This document shows positions 10,716 to 20,478 of a stretch of 64,000 nucleotides of DNA, in pieces (position 1 is the first letter of the stretch; each line of letters begins with the position of its first letter). The notes below the pieces were generated by a model. The model saw only the letters and a list, made by a program, of their open reading frames with translations, had not been told where the DNA came from and did not search any database. Source of the DNA: an uncultured Chloroflexia bacterium (GTDB taxonomy: Bacteria; Chloroflexota; Anaerolineae; Aggregatilineales; UBA3940); assembly GCA_963787375.1 (NCBI GenBank), contig CAWBCR010000011.1:42847-106846 (forward strand), read 5' to 3'. The position numbers and the translations under genes were made by a program.

Positions 10716-11394
10716 CTAGCTGCTCTTGGGCAGCCGTGAGATGATCTTGGCAACCAGGTTATTGAGCGGCATCGACTGGAGCCAGATCTTGCCCGGCCCG
10801 CTCAGCGTCGCCAGGAAGATGCCCTCGCCGCCGAACAGGACGTTGCTGACGCCTTTGACTGGCTCGATGTCATACGACACGCTCGCCTCAAACATCGCGA
10901 TGTGGCCAGGGTTGATGCGAATTTTCTCGCCGGCGGCCAGATCCATCTCGATGGTTTCGCCGTCGACCTCAAAGAACGCCACGCCCGGCCCGGTGACTTT
11001 CTGAAGGATGAAGCCCTCGCCACCGAACAGGCCTACGCCCAGCCGCTTCTTGAAGTGTACGGCCAGTTGAACGCCCTGCTGGGCGCACATGAAGGCATCG
11101 CGCTGGGCAATGATCGACTGCCGGCAGCCAGGTCGCGCGCCACGATGGAGCCGGGCGCTTCAGGCGTGAAGGTGACGGTCGCCTGGTCGGAGCTGGCGGT
11201 GTAGGTCGTCAGGAACAGCGACTCGCCTGCCACAGCACGGCCCAGGCCACCCAGCAGCCCGCCCGGCATATTGGTCTTCATGTCGACGCTGCCCCGGTAC
11301 CACGACATCCCGCCGATTTCAGTAAAGACGGAATCACCCTGCATGAGCAGCACATCGAGCGCCTGCATCACGTTCCCGATATTCGGTATTTCAT
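10716..11394 (-). CDS. AIM24 (TIGR00266) family protein; apparent frameshifts near 11378 and 11115
   Basis: AAGGAG then ATG AAA TAC; GESLFLTTY, GLFGGEGFILQK, GGEGIFLATLSGPGKIWLQS spread over shifted frames. Confidence 0.85.
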
Positions 11395-11462
11395 GGCTGG
11401 TTTGCTCCTTTAGGTCGGTTTCAAATCACTTTAACTGCGTGGGGATATTGCCTGTTAGCGTA

Positions 11463-12701
11463 TCATCGTTGCCGGATCGAGGCAACTGCCTCGACGTGGT
11501 AGGTCTGCGGGAACATGTCCACCGGCTGCACGTCTTCCAACGCATAGCCGTGCTGCGCCAGGCGGTGCGCGTCACGCGCCAGCGTGGCGGGGTCACAGCT
11601 CACATACACGATGAGCGGCGCGTCCAGCCGGGCCAATTCGTCGATCACCTCAGGCTCCAGGCCGGTGCGCGGCGGGTCGACCACGACAGCGTCGAACGGC
11701 CCGACCAGATCGAGCAGCACTTCCTCAACTGACCCTTCTACGAGCTCGATGTTGTCCAAGTCGGCCAGGTTCACGTCGGCGTCAGTGACAGCCGGCGGAT
11801 AGCTTTCGACGCTGACCACCAGCCCGGCATGCTGCGCGATGAACGCCGTGAACAGCCCTACTCCGCTGTACAGGTCGAGGATCGTCTCGCCGCCGCGCAG
11901 GCTCAGGCGCTGCATGACCTGCTCAACCAGCACTGCCGCCATCGGCAGGTTGACCTGGAAGAAGCCGCCCGCCGTCACGCGGAATGGGTGGTCGAGGACG
12001 CGGTACGTCACCTGCGGGCTGCCTATCAGGTTGACCGGCTCGTTGTCCTGAAGCAGCAGGTTCACCGATACCGGGATGTCGACTTCGATCTCCGGCGCTG
12101 CGTCGCCCGCCGTCTGGATGACCAGCATCCGGTCGGCAGGGTCGGACCCAACCTGCAGGCGCACCCGCTCGATCTCCGGTGCGTCAAGGTCGAGCACATC
12201 GAACAGTTCGGCCAGCGCCGGGTGGAGGATCTCGCAGCGCTCAATCGGCACCAGGCGGCGGTTGTCGTCGCTGTAGAAGGCCATCTGCCCATCGCCGTCC
12301 AGCGTGAACGTCGCGCGCGTGCGGTAGCCCAGCGGCTCAGGGCTGGGGAGGGTGGGATGCACCAGCGGCGCATCAAAGTGGCCGATCCGCTCAAGCTGGT
12401 CGCGCACGACGGCCTGCTTCAACACAAGCTGGCGCTGGTAGGCAATGTGCTGCCAGTGGCAGCCGCCGCACAGGCCGGGCCCGAAGTGCCGGCATGGCGC
12501 TTCGACGCGATCGGGCGAGACGCTCAACACTTCGACCATCTCGGCGCGGGCGTACTTCTTGCGGTCATCGACGATCCGCGCGCGGACGCGCTCGCCGGGC
12601 AGCGTGTAGGGCACAAATACGACCCGCCCCTCATGCCGACCCAGCCCCAGCCCGCCGTGCGCCATGTCGGTGATATCTATCTCAAATGTGTCGTCACTCA
12701 C
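11463..12701 (-). CDS. rlmD: RNA (uracil-C5)-methyltransferase, RlmD/TrmA family with TRAM domain
   Basis: CxHFxxxxCGGCHWQH, FFQVN, LDLYSGVGLF, VDPPRTG, YVSCDPATLARD, DMFPQTYHVE. Confidence 0.9.
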   Translation of the reverse strand: MSDDTFEIDITDMAHGGLGLGRHEGRVVFVPYTLPGERVRARIVDDRKKYARAEMVEVLSVSPDRVEAPCRHFGPGLCGGCHWQHIAYQRQLVLKQAVVRDQLERIGHFDAPLVHPTLPSPEPLGYRTRATFTLDGDGQMAFYSDDNRRLVPIERCEILHPALAELFDVLDLDAPEIERVRLQVGSDPADRMLVIQTAGDAAPEIEVDIPVSVNLLLQDNEPVNLIGSPQVTYRVLDHPFRVTAGGFFQVNLPMAAVLVEQVMQRLSLRGGETILDLYSGVGLFTAFIAQHAGLVVSVESYPPAVTDADVNLADLDNIELVEGSVEEVLLDLVGPFDAVVVDPPRTGLEPEVIDELARLDAPLIVYVSCDPATLARDAHRLAQHGYALEDVQPVDMFPQTYHVEAVASIRQR

Positions 12702-12853
12702 GGGCGCTCCTGCCATTTCACTACGGTGCTCGCGCAAGAGTGTAGCACACGCGGCCCTCTCGCGGCGAGGCGTACCTTGATCCATTGGCGGGAGCTATGA
12801 TACTATCAGCCTGAGCAACGGAGGCATGCGCCTCAAGCCATCGGAGAATGCTC

Positions 12854-13801
12854 ATGGCCAACTCGCCCAACGCCATCATCCCCGGCTCACGCAGCGGTGA
12901 CCTGCTCGACCAGGCCGTCGACACCTACCTGGCGGGCCTCGCGCCCAACACCCGCCGCGCCTACGAGAGCCGCCTCAACGCCTTTCTCGACTGGCGCAAC
13001 GGGCAGCCACCGGGCGCGCTGGTGACACACCTCAAGCAGTACGTCGCCTATCTCCAGGACGAACAGGACCTCGCACCACGCTCGGTGCAGGCCCACGTCA
13101 ACACCATCAAAGGCATGCTGCGCACCGCCGCCGCGATCCAGCCCGAGCTGTCCGCCGGGCTGCCACAGCTTGAACTGGTCAAGCCGCCCCGCGTGCGCGG
13201 CGAGGTGCAGGGCAGGCGGCTCACCGCGGCCCAGGCCCGCACGCTGCTGCTCACGCCCGGCATGGAAAGCGTCAAGGGGCTGCGTGATTCGGCTATCCTG
13301 GGCCTGCTGCTGATCCTCGGCCTGCGCCGCTCCGAAGTCTGCAACCTGACATGGGGGCATATCACCGACCTCGACGGGCACAAGGTTATCGCCAACCTCA
13401 AGGGCAAGCATGGGCGCATCCGAACGCTCAAAATGCCCGTCTGGCTGTGGCGGGCAGTGATGGCCTGGGGCCAGGCTTCCGGCCTCGACATCGCCAACCC
13501 GGAGCAGCGGGTTTTCGTGCCCATCACCAAAGATGGCAAGGTTCTGCGCTACCGGCACGGCCTGACGCCCCACGCCATCTACAAGCTCGTCAACTATTAC
13601 ACCCGGCTGACTGGCTTGCCGCCGGTCAAGCCGCACGACCTGCGCCGCACGGCGGCGCTGCTGTCGCGGCGGGGTGGGGCGAGCATCGAGCAGGTGCAGC
13701 TGATGCTGGGCCACGCCAGCCCGCAGACGACCAGCAACTACATCGGTGAAACGCTCGACCTCGACGACAACGCAGTCGACTACAACCCGCTGCATCTTTA
13801 G
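12854..13801 (+). CDS. Tyrosine recombinase (XerC/D-like)
   Basis: GLRRSE, GKHGR, PHDLRRT, LGHAS and catalytic Y (TTSNY); N-terminal SAM-like domain. Confidence 0.9.
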   Translation: MANSPNAIIPGSRSGDLLDQAVDTYLAGLAPNTRRAYESRLNAFLDWRNGQPPGALVTHLKQYVAYLQDEQDLAPRSVQAHVNTIKGMLRTAAAIQPELSAGLPQLELVKPPRVRGEVQGRRLTAAQARTLLLTPGMESVKGLRDSAILGLLLILGLRRSEVCNLTWGHITDLDGHKVIANLKGKHGRIRTLKMPVWLWRAVMAWGQASGLDIANPEQRVFVPITKDGKVLRYRHGLTPHAIYKLVNYYTRLTGLPPVKPHDLRRTAALLSRRGGASIEQVQLMLGHASPQTTSNYIGETLDLDDNAVDYNPLHL

Positions 13802-13815
13802 GCTGTGAGGCACCC

Positions 13816-14034
13816 ATGCCGCTCGACCTGCAACCCGGCGATCTGCTGACGCTGAAGAAGCCACATGCCTGCGGCGCGAACGCCTGGCGCGTGTACCGCA
13901 TCGGCGCTGATATTGGCCTGAAGTGCGACGCCTGCGGGCGGATGGTCATGCTGCCGCGCAGCAAGCTGGAGCGGCGCGTTAAGCTCATCCAGCGCGGCGG
14001 CGAGACCATCAAGCCGGCCAGCAGCCACACATAG
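13816..14034 (+). CDS. DUF951 family protein
   Basis: LKKPHACG..W...RIGADIGLKC..CGR.VML.R. Confidence 0.9.
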   Translation: MPLDLQPGDLLTLKKPHACGANAWRVYRIGADIGLKCDACGRMVMLPRSKLERRVKLIQRGGETIKPASSHT

Positions 14035-14062
14035 AAAGACCCCGGCGAGTGCCGGGGTCTTT
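14035..14062. terminator. Bidirectional terminator between DUF951 and the pilin gene
   Basis: AAAGACCCCGGC-GAGT-GCCGGGGTCTTT. Confidence 0.8.
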
Positions 14063-14088
14063 CGAAGAAAATGAGGTCGGGGTTTGGA

Positions 14089-14238
14089 TTATATGCCGTT
14101 GATAATGCTTGAGAAGACGTTACCGATTGCTGGGCCAAGCCACAACACTGCGAGAATGGATACAACTGCGACAAGGACGAGTATGAGTGCATACTCTACC
14201 AAGCCCTGCCCATTCTCTGGATGGGGTTTGAATAACAT
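14089..14238 (-). CDS. flp: Flp-family type IVb pilin (49 aa), absent from the ORF track
   Basis: MLFKPHPENG|QGLVEYALILVLVAVVSILAVLWLGPAIGNVFSSIINGI; prepilin G-QxxxEY motif; RBS GGAAGGGAG. Confidence 0.9.
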   Translation of the reverse strand: MLFKPHPENGQGLVEYALILVLVAVVSILAVLWLGPAIGNVFSSIINGI

Positions 14239-14404
14239 GATGATAACTCCCTTCCAGATTACGAATACCCTATTTTATATCACTTTCTTCTCCAAGTGAG
14301 AATTTCTATCATTTTTGTTACCCCGACATCTCCCTATTTTATATACCAAGTCGCGCAAAAAGCGCATAGGGTATCGGTACTCCTCAAATTACTTAATCCA
14401 TACA

Positions 14405-14433
14405 TTGACAAAATAAATATCAAAACCTATAAT
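14405..14433 (+). promoter_or_regulatory. Consensus sigma70 promoter
   Basis: TTGACA-17 bp-TATAAT upstream of the DUF2089 operon. Confidence 0.85.
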
Positions 14434-14496
14434 ATCAATCAACATGCCATGAAGATGCAGATCAGTGGCGTTATGCCATTGTCAAAGGATTGGCCT

Positions 14497-14886
14497 ATGT
14501 ATTCGATGCCCGGCCATTGCCCAGTTTGCGGCAGCAACCTGGATGTCGTCAAGCTCCACTGCCGACAGTGCGACACGACCATCGAGGGGCATTTTGAGAT
14601 GGGCAGCCTCTCGAATCTCAACACAGAACAGCTCCGGTTTGTCGAGACCTTCCTTCGCTGCGAGGGGACGATCAAGCGCGTCGAGAAGGAGCTCGGCATC
14701 TCCTATCCCACGGTCCGCGCCCGCCTCAAAGAGGTTATCCGCGCGATGGGCTTCGAGGTCATCAGCGATTACGCCGAGGAGCCCGCCAGCGAGCTATCCG
14801 AAGATGCACGCAGCGCCATCCTCGATCAACTCTACAGCGGTGAGATTACGTCAGAAGAGGCGCTGGCGCAACTGCGCGGCGAGTAA
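14497..14886 (+). CDS. DUF2089 family protein (Zn-ribbon + HTH)
   Basis: CPVCG..C..CDT.IEG.F; LGISYPTVRARL; SHOCT-like tail. Confidence 0.9.
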   Translation: MYSMPGHCPVCGSNLDVVKLHCRQCDTTIEGHFEMGSLSNLNTEQLRFVETFLRCEGTIKRVEKELGISYPTVRARLKEVIRAMGFEVISDYAEEPASELSEDARSAILDQLYSGEITSEEALAQLRGE

Positions 14887-14896
14887 GGAGGCCGGC

Positions 14897-16051
14897 ATGG
14901 CAACTGAGAAACTGAACCTGGGGATATCCCCCTACCTCGTGATCATCTGCCGTGGCGACCTTGACATTCGTGGTGTGGACCGTGACGACACACGCGTCCA
15001 ATCCGATTCGGGTGAAACGGAGATCCGCGCCACCGAGAACCGTGCCGAGATTGACTGCCGCAGCGATTGCGCGATCAAGATGCCGCACAATGGCAGCGTT
15101 GAAGCGACCGAAGTCAGGGGCGACCTGCGCGTCAAAGAGGTCAGCGGGCAGATCGCCGCGAACGAGGTCGGAGGCTCGCTGTACGTACGCGAGTTCAGCA
15201 CGCTGGCAGTCGGCAACGTCCTCAGCGAGGCGCGCGTGCACGAATTGAGCGGGGCTGTCACGCTGGGCAGTGTGCAGGGCTGCGTTACCCTGCGGGAGAT
15301 TGGGGGGCCGGTCACCATCGACGAGGTGCGAGGCGATCTGCTGGCGCGTGACGTGCCCCACGGCCTGACCGTTGGCACAGTCAATGGCAACCTGGCGCTG
15401 CGCACCGATTTCAACCTGGGGACCACATCGCGCTTCCAGGTAGACGGATCAGCCTCGGTGCGGGTTGGGGCCAATGCGAGCGTCCGGCTCATCGTATCTG
15501 CAGGGGGTAGCCTATCCATCCCCCGATACATGGAGAGCATCGCCGAGGGCGATTACCAGGTCATCACATTCGGTAGCGGTGAGGCTAGCGTCCAGATCGA
15601 CGCCGGCGGCAGCCTGTCGATCAAGCAGAGCGGCGATTATGACTTAGACGACGACGCAGCGTTCGCCTACACGTTTGCCGCCGCCACCGATCTCAGCGAG
15701 AACCTGGCCGACCTGAGCGAGGAGCTTGATGCACAGACGGCGGTGATTCAGGCCAAAGCCGCCGATATTTCAGAGCGCGTGCGGCGGCAGGTCGAGCAGC
15801 GCCTGAGCGTCGCCCGGCGGCAGGTCGAGGCGGCCCAGCGCCGGGTCGAGCGGGAGGTCGAGCGCGGCACGCGCGGGCCCGGCAGCGGGCGGCTGTCGAT
15901 AGACGTGAATTTTGGCAGGCCAAAGGCGGCACCCAGAGAGCCGATCTCCGAAGAAGAGCGGGTTGCCATCCTCAAGATGCTCGAAGAGGGCAAGATAAGC
16001 GTCGAAGACGCGCAGAGACTGCTGGCTGCCTTAGAGGGCTCCGGCGAGTAA
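14897..16051 (+). CDS. DUF4097 (Toastrack) beta-repeat protein with coiled coil and C-terminal SHOCT-like domain
   Basis: Repeated V.GDL.V..V.G units; EERVAILKMLEEGKISVEDA.RLL.AL; AAGGAGG RBS. Confidence 0.8.
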   Translation: MATEKLNLGISPYLVIICRGDLDIRGVDRDDTRVQSDSGETEIRATENRAEIDCRSDCAIKMPHNGSVEATEVRGDLRVKEVSGQIAANEVGGSLYVREFSTLAVGNVLSEARVHELSGAVTLGSVQGCVTLREIGGPVTIDEVRGDLLARDVPHGLTVGTVNGNLALRTDFNLGTTSRFQVDGSASVRVGANASVRLIVSAGGSLSIPRYMESIAEGDYQVITFGSGEASVQIDAGGSLSIKQSGDYDLDDDAAFAYTFAAATDLSENLADLSEELDAQTAVIQAKAADISERVRRQVEQRLSVARRQVEAAQRRVEREVERGTRGPGSGRLSIDVNFGRPKAAPREPISEEERVAILKMLEEGKISVEDAQRLLAALEGSGE

Positions 16052-16057
16052 CCTGCG

Positions 16058-17080
16058 ATGGCAGCCGCACTGTATCGTCCACGCGCATCTTCGGATGGCA
16101 GCGGCCTCCAGCCGACCAGCCTCCCGCGTGACCTGTACCAGATCGCAGAGCTAATCGAGCTGTGCTTCAGCAGCCGCCTTGACGACAGCGGGCGCTCGGC
16201 CATCCGCGAGATGAAGGCCGTTGCCCAGTTGGGGCCGTTGCTGTGGTTGCTGTCGTTGTTCGGCTCGACCGACCTGGGGCTGGGCAGAGGGTTTGTGTGG
16301 CGCGTCGGCCAGCAGGTAGTGGGCAACGTCAGCGTGTACCGGGCCGGGAAGCATCCCTGGCTGGGTCGTGGGGCGCTGATCGCCAACGTGGCGGTTCATC
16401 CCGATTACCGGCGGCAGGGGATCGCGCACCACCTGATGGAGTCGGCGCTCGCCCTGGCCTTCCGGCAGGGCGCTCACTGGGTAGACCTGCAGGTTGAAGC
16501 GGACAACAGCACCGCGCTGGGATTGTACGACGACCTGGGGTTCATGCGTTACGAAACGCTCAACCACTGGCAGACCAACGGTTACTATGCCAGCGCCCTG
16601 CCCGTAGCGGATGGCCCGTGGCAGGTGCGCCCGCGACAGACGGGCGAGATCAACGCCGAAGCCGATCTGATCTACAAACGCGCCCGGCTGGGGGCCATGG
16701 CCTGGACGCGCACCATCGAGCGTGCCGACCTCGGCGAAACCACGCTGAGCATGTTAAACGTGCTGGCGGGCGGCGGCTACAAAGAGCACCTGGTACAGCC
16801 CAGCCTTGTACAGCATGGGCGTCTCGACGGCGCGCTGTGGATCGAGGTCAACGGCTGGCGGCAGACCCGCCTGACGCTGTTCCTGGACCCATCGTTGCAC
16901 GCCCCGGCAGCGCGGCAGGCGCTGCTGCTGGACGCGCTGCGGCGGCCCGGTTATGAAGGCCGCACGCTGCGGGTCGAGATGGATGCCGGCGATCCGGCGG
17001 TCGAAGAGGTGCTGCAGGCAGCCGGGTTCCGCCATGTGCGCAGTCTGGTGCAGATGAGAATACTGGCCGGCGCGGCGTAG
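16058..17080 (+). CDS. GNAT N-acetyltransferase (tandem-domain)
   Basis: NVAVHPDYRRQGIA; N..ALGLYDDLGF. Confidence 0.85.
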   Translation: MAAALYRPRASSDGSGLQPTSLPRDLYQIAELIELCFSSRLDDSGRSAIREMKAVAQLGPLLWLLSLFGSTDLGLGRGFVWRVGQQVVGNVSVYRAGKHPWLGRGALIANVAVHPDYRRQGIAHHLMESALALAFRQGAHWVDLQVEADNSTALGLYDDLGFMRYETLNHWQTNGYYASALPVADGPWQVRPRQTGEINAEADLIYKRARLGAMAWTRTIERADLGETTLSMLNVLAGGGYKEHLVQPSLVQHGRLDGALWIEVNGWRQTRLTLFLDPSLHAPAARQALLLDALRRPGYEGRTLRVEMDAGDPAVEEVLQAAGFRHVRSLVQMRILAGAA

Positions 17081-17129
17081 GGGTTTCGCGTCGCAAAGCC
17101 GGTTCACCACTCGCAGGAGGTTATGCTAT

Positions 17130-17513
17130 ATGTCTACTGCCGAAGAACGGCTCAAAATCCTCAATATGGTGTCTGAAGGAAAGATCAGCGCGGAAGAGGG
17201 CGCACAACTGCTCAAGGCGCTGCAAAACGCCGCAAGCAAGCCGCAGTCGTCGTCGGCGGCCAGCGTCGGTGGAGAGCCGCACTTTCTGCGCGTGCGCGTC
17301 ACCAGCATCGATTCGGGCCGCGTGCGGGCCAACATTAACATCCCGATGAGCCTGCTAAACGTCGGGCTGCGCATGGGGGCGCGCTTCGCGCCCGACCTCG
17401 AAGGGGTCGATTTTGAAGAGGTGATGGACGCCATCAACAGCGGCATGCGCGGCAAGGTCATCGACGTGGAAGACACCGAGGAGAACGAGCGAGTCGAAAT
17501 CTTCGTCGAGTAG
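17130..17513 (+). CDS. SHOCT-like domain protein (YvlB/LiaX N-terminal-like)
   Basis: EERLKILNMVSEGKISAEEGAQLLKAL; LRVRV..RANINIP; RBS AGGAGG. Confidence 0.8.
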   Translation: MSTAEERLKILNMVSEGKISAEEGAQLLKALQNAASKPQSSSAASVGGEPHFLRVRVTSIDSGRVRANINIPMSLLNVGLRMGARFAPDLEGVDFEEVMDAINSGMRGKVIDVEDTEENERVEIFVE

Positions 17514-17533
17514 GGGACGGGCCATCCCTGTAC

Positions 17534-18361
17534 TCAGCGGCGCATCCGTCGCAGTGGCGACAGCGCCACCAGCGCCAGCAGGACAATCAGCGCGAAGACC
17601 GTCGCGTAGCCCAGCGCAATGCCGATCGGCAGCATGATCCGCCCGGCGCCGCTCTGAGCAGACGCCAGGACCACCTGGGAATCGCCAAACACCTGCAGCA
17701 GCGCAAAAACCGGGAGCAGGATCACCAGCAGGCCAACCAGCACTGGGAAGAACAGCTTGAAATCCTCCGCGCTGGGCGCTGCGCCCATGCCCAGCGACGC
17801 CCCCACATACACTGCGAGGTACGTGCGCCAGTCGGCCCACTGAAGCTGCGTTAAGCCCACCCACAGGGTGTTCGTATATGCGCCCAGCATGCCAAGCGCG
17901 GCGCGCCCCAGACCGCCAGCTTCGATGTCGGCCAGGCTCAGCGTCAGGGCGGCAGGGCGCAGCACGAAGCCGGGCAGCAGCAGCGCCAGCGCCAGCCACG
18001 CCGCCAGCGAACAGCCGAAGAACGGCGCGACAGACGACACCAGCCGCGAGAAAGCCGACGGGTTGCGCGCCGGGACGACCACGCCCGTCGCGCCGCCGTA
18101 CTCCGGCAGCCCGCGCGGCGCGAACAGTACGATGCGGTGCACGCCTGCGCCGGTCACGATGAAGGCGATAGCGTGGCTCAGCTCATGGATCGGCACGCCT
18201 ACCAGCGCCAGCGCCGTCCATAACCCGCGCCCAAACGTGCGCCCGGTGAAGGTCCACAGCGCCCTGCTGACGGCATACAGGATCAGCAACTGGATCAGCA
18301 GTGGGAAGAACAGGGCCAGCGTGAACAGCGCTTCGATCTTGAGGGTAGTGAGCAGACTCAT
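17534..18361 (-). CDS. Membrane protein with HExxH motif (M50-like metalloprotease)
   Basis: IHELSHA..; SVAPFF; multiple TM helices. Confidence 0.6.
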   Translation of the reverse strand: MSLLTTLKIEALFTLALFFPLLIQLLILYAVSRALWTFTGRTFGRGLWTALALVGVPIHELSHAIAFIVTGAGVHRIVLFAPRGLPEYGGATGVVVPARNPSAFSRLVSSVAPFFGCSLAAWLALALLLPGFVLRPAALTLSLADIEAGGLGRAALGMLGAYTNTLWVGLTQLQWADWRTYLAVYVGASLGMGAAPSAEDFKLFFPVLVGLLVILLPVFALLQVFGDSQVVLASAQSGAGRIMLPIGIALGYATVFALIVLLALVALSPLRRMRR

Positions 18362-18591
18362 CGATTCTGTATCCAATCCAGAACACGCGGTTATCGGCGG
18401 GCGACTGTAACTGTAGGGGCATTGGGAGCGCCTGTCAACAGCCAGGATTGGCGTCCCCCTATTTTCTGGGCTGGACGCGCTGCGGCGTTCAGTTATATAA
18501 TGTTGATGACATCAGCATCAAATAAGATGGCAGCCCTCCAATAACTGGAAGTTGTCTTCGTCTGGTTAAACCTGAAAGGAAGTGAGACCGA

Positions 18592-19398
18592 ATGACACAA
18601 GCAGTAGGTACAATACTCTGTCTGGTGGTTGGTCTGATCGTCGTCGCAGTGGCGTTGATCGGCTCGGCAGTGCGGATTGTGCAGGAATATGAGCGGGGCG
18701 TCATCTTCAGGCTGGGGCGTCTCGTCGGCGCGAAAGGGCCCGGCCTGTTCTTCCTGATCCCCATCATCGACCGCATGGTCAAGATCGACCTGCGCACGAT
18801 CACGCTCGAGGTGCCAACGCAGGAAGCGATCACCAACGACAACGTGACGGTCAAAGTGACCGCTGTAGCCTATTTCCGCGTGATCGACCCGCAATTCGCC
18901 GTGGTCCAGGTTGAGGACTACCGCCGCGCCACATACCAGATCGCGCAGACCAGCCTGCGCAGCGTCATCGGCGAGGCCGAGCTGGACGAGCTGCTGGCAC
19001 ACCGCGAGCGGATCAACGACAAGCTGGCCAAGATCATCGACGAGGCCACTGAGCCATGGGGCGTCAAGGTCAGCCTGGTCGAAGTGAAAGACGTCGAGAT
19101 GCCGCCTACGATGCAGCGCGCGATGGCCCGCCAGGCAGAAGCTGAGCGCGAGAAGCGCGCCAAGATCATCAACGCCGAGGGCGAGTTCCAGGCTGCTCAG
19201 CAGCTCCGCGAGGCCGCCACGACGATGTCTTCCGAGCCAATGGCGCTTCAACTACGCTTCCTGCAAACGCTGGTGGAGATCTCGGCGGAGAAGAACAGCA
19301 CGATTATCTTCCCCGTGCCTATTGACATCATCTCCGCCTTCACCGGTATGGCACAAGACATCGCCAAGCTGGCCGCAAACCAGGACAAGGGGAAGTAG
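18592..19398 (+). CDS. SPFH/band-7 stomatin-like protein
   Basis: [52 protein letters not shown]. Confidence 0.95.
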   Translation: MTQAVGTILCLVVGLIVVAVALIGSAVRIVQEYERGVIFRLGRLVGAKGPGLFFLIPIIDRMVKIDLRTITLEVPTQEAITNDNVTVKVTAVAYFRVIDPQFAVVQVEDYRRATYQIAQTSLRSVIGEAELDELLAHRERINDKLAKIIDEATEPWGVKVSLVEVKDVEMPPTMQRAMARQAEAEREKRAKIINAEGEFQAAQQLREAATTMSSEPMALQLRFLQTLVEISAEKNSTIIFPVPIDIISAFTGMAQDIAKLAANQDKGK

Positions 19399-19431
19399 CG
19401 GTTAGCGATTAGCTGGTAGCTAAGTTGCATA

Positions 19432-19467
19432 GAAGAGGGACTTCCCGGTTGGGGGGTCCCTCTTTTC
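19432..19467. terminator. Terminator between convergent genes
   Basis: AAGAGGGAC...GTCCCTCTTTT. Confidence 0.7.
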
Positions 19468-19489
19468 GTTGGCACATCCGAGCCAATCG

Positions 19490-20478
19490 CTATTCCAGCC
19501 ACTGCATGGCAAGCTGGGCGCGGTGGCGGTGAACGTCGCGCAGGGTAATGAGGTCCCTGGCCAGCGCAAAGCCAGGCGTGGCCTCCTCCTGGCTGCGCTG
19601 CACCAGCCATTCCGCAATCGCCCACTGCTGGAGGGGCACGGCGGCATTGTACACCGGCGGCCCGGCGAATTCGCGACCGCTCTCGCGCAGGTAGATCGCC
19701 AGAAAACGATCTGCTGCCTCCGCTGCCCCGAAATCGACGAGCTGCATGTAGGTGTTGGCGACATCCCAGCGCGGATCGCCCAGCGCGCAGTACTCCCAGT
19801 CGACAATCCCGCTGATCTCACGGTCGACCAGCAGCGCGTTCAGGAAGTGATAGTCGCCGTGAACCAGCACGGGGCTGCTTTCCTGAACGTCATAGGCGCG
19901 CATCATCGTCCGCTCGACGGCCTGGCGCAGGTCATCCTGTTTGATCTGGAAGGCGAGCGCCATCAGGTTGGCGAGCGCGGAGGGCAGCGTCACCTGCGGT
20001 GCAACACGCCGCACGGCATCAGGCGGAGTCAGGCTGTGCAGGCGGGCCAGCAGCACAGCAAACGGTGCGATGTACGGTTCAACGATATCACGCAGATGTC
20101 GCCCACTGATGGACATTTCCTGGCTGGGCAGCCGCGAGAACAGCACCATGTCACCGGACGGCCCAAACTCGCGGGCATAGACGACAGGCACCGGGAAACC
20201 TTGTTCGAGCAGCCAGCGGCAGACGGTCACTTCGCGCTGCGCCTTGCCCCGATCTTCGGTCCGCCACCAGCTTATCGTGCTGACGTAGCGCCGCACGACC
20301 AGCCCCTCGCGCTGGAGATCGCCGCCGGGGGCCATCCAATTCAGCGCAAACGCGACCATCTCGTGCTGGCGGCTGGGCAGCGGGCGCACCTCTACCACCG
20401 CCTGGTCGGGGCGATCCGGGAAGGCCGCCGGCACAGGTCGACCAGGTCAGCGGGGGTGAGGATCGCGGTATGTGTCAA
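19490..20478 (-). CDS. APH-family phosphotransferase; probable frameshift near 20430
   Basis: LVHGDYHFLN, IVDWE, GDPRWD. Probable TTG start overlaps the upstream stop codon. Confidence 0.8.

Noticed and set aside
12854..13801. Integron integrase or prophage/ICE boundary
   Set aside because: No IntI-specific insertion, attC-like cassettes, tRNA or phage genes; the neighbours are housekeeping.
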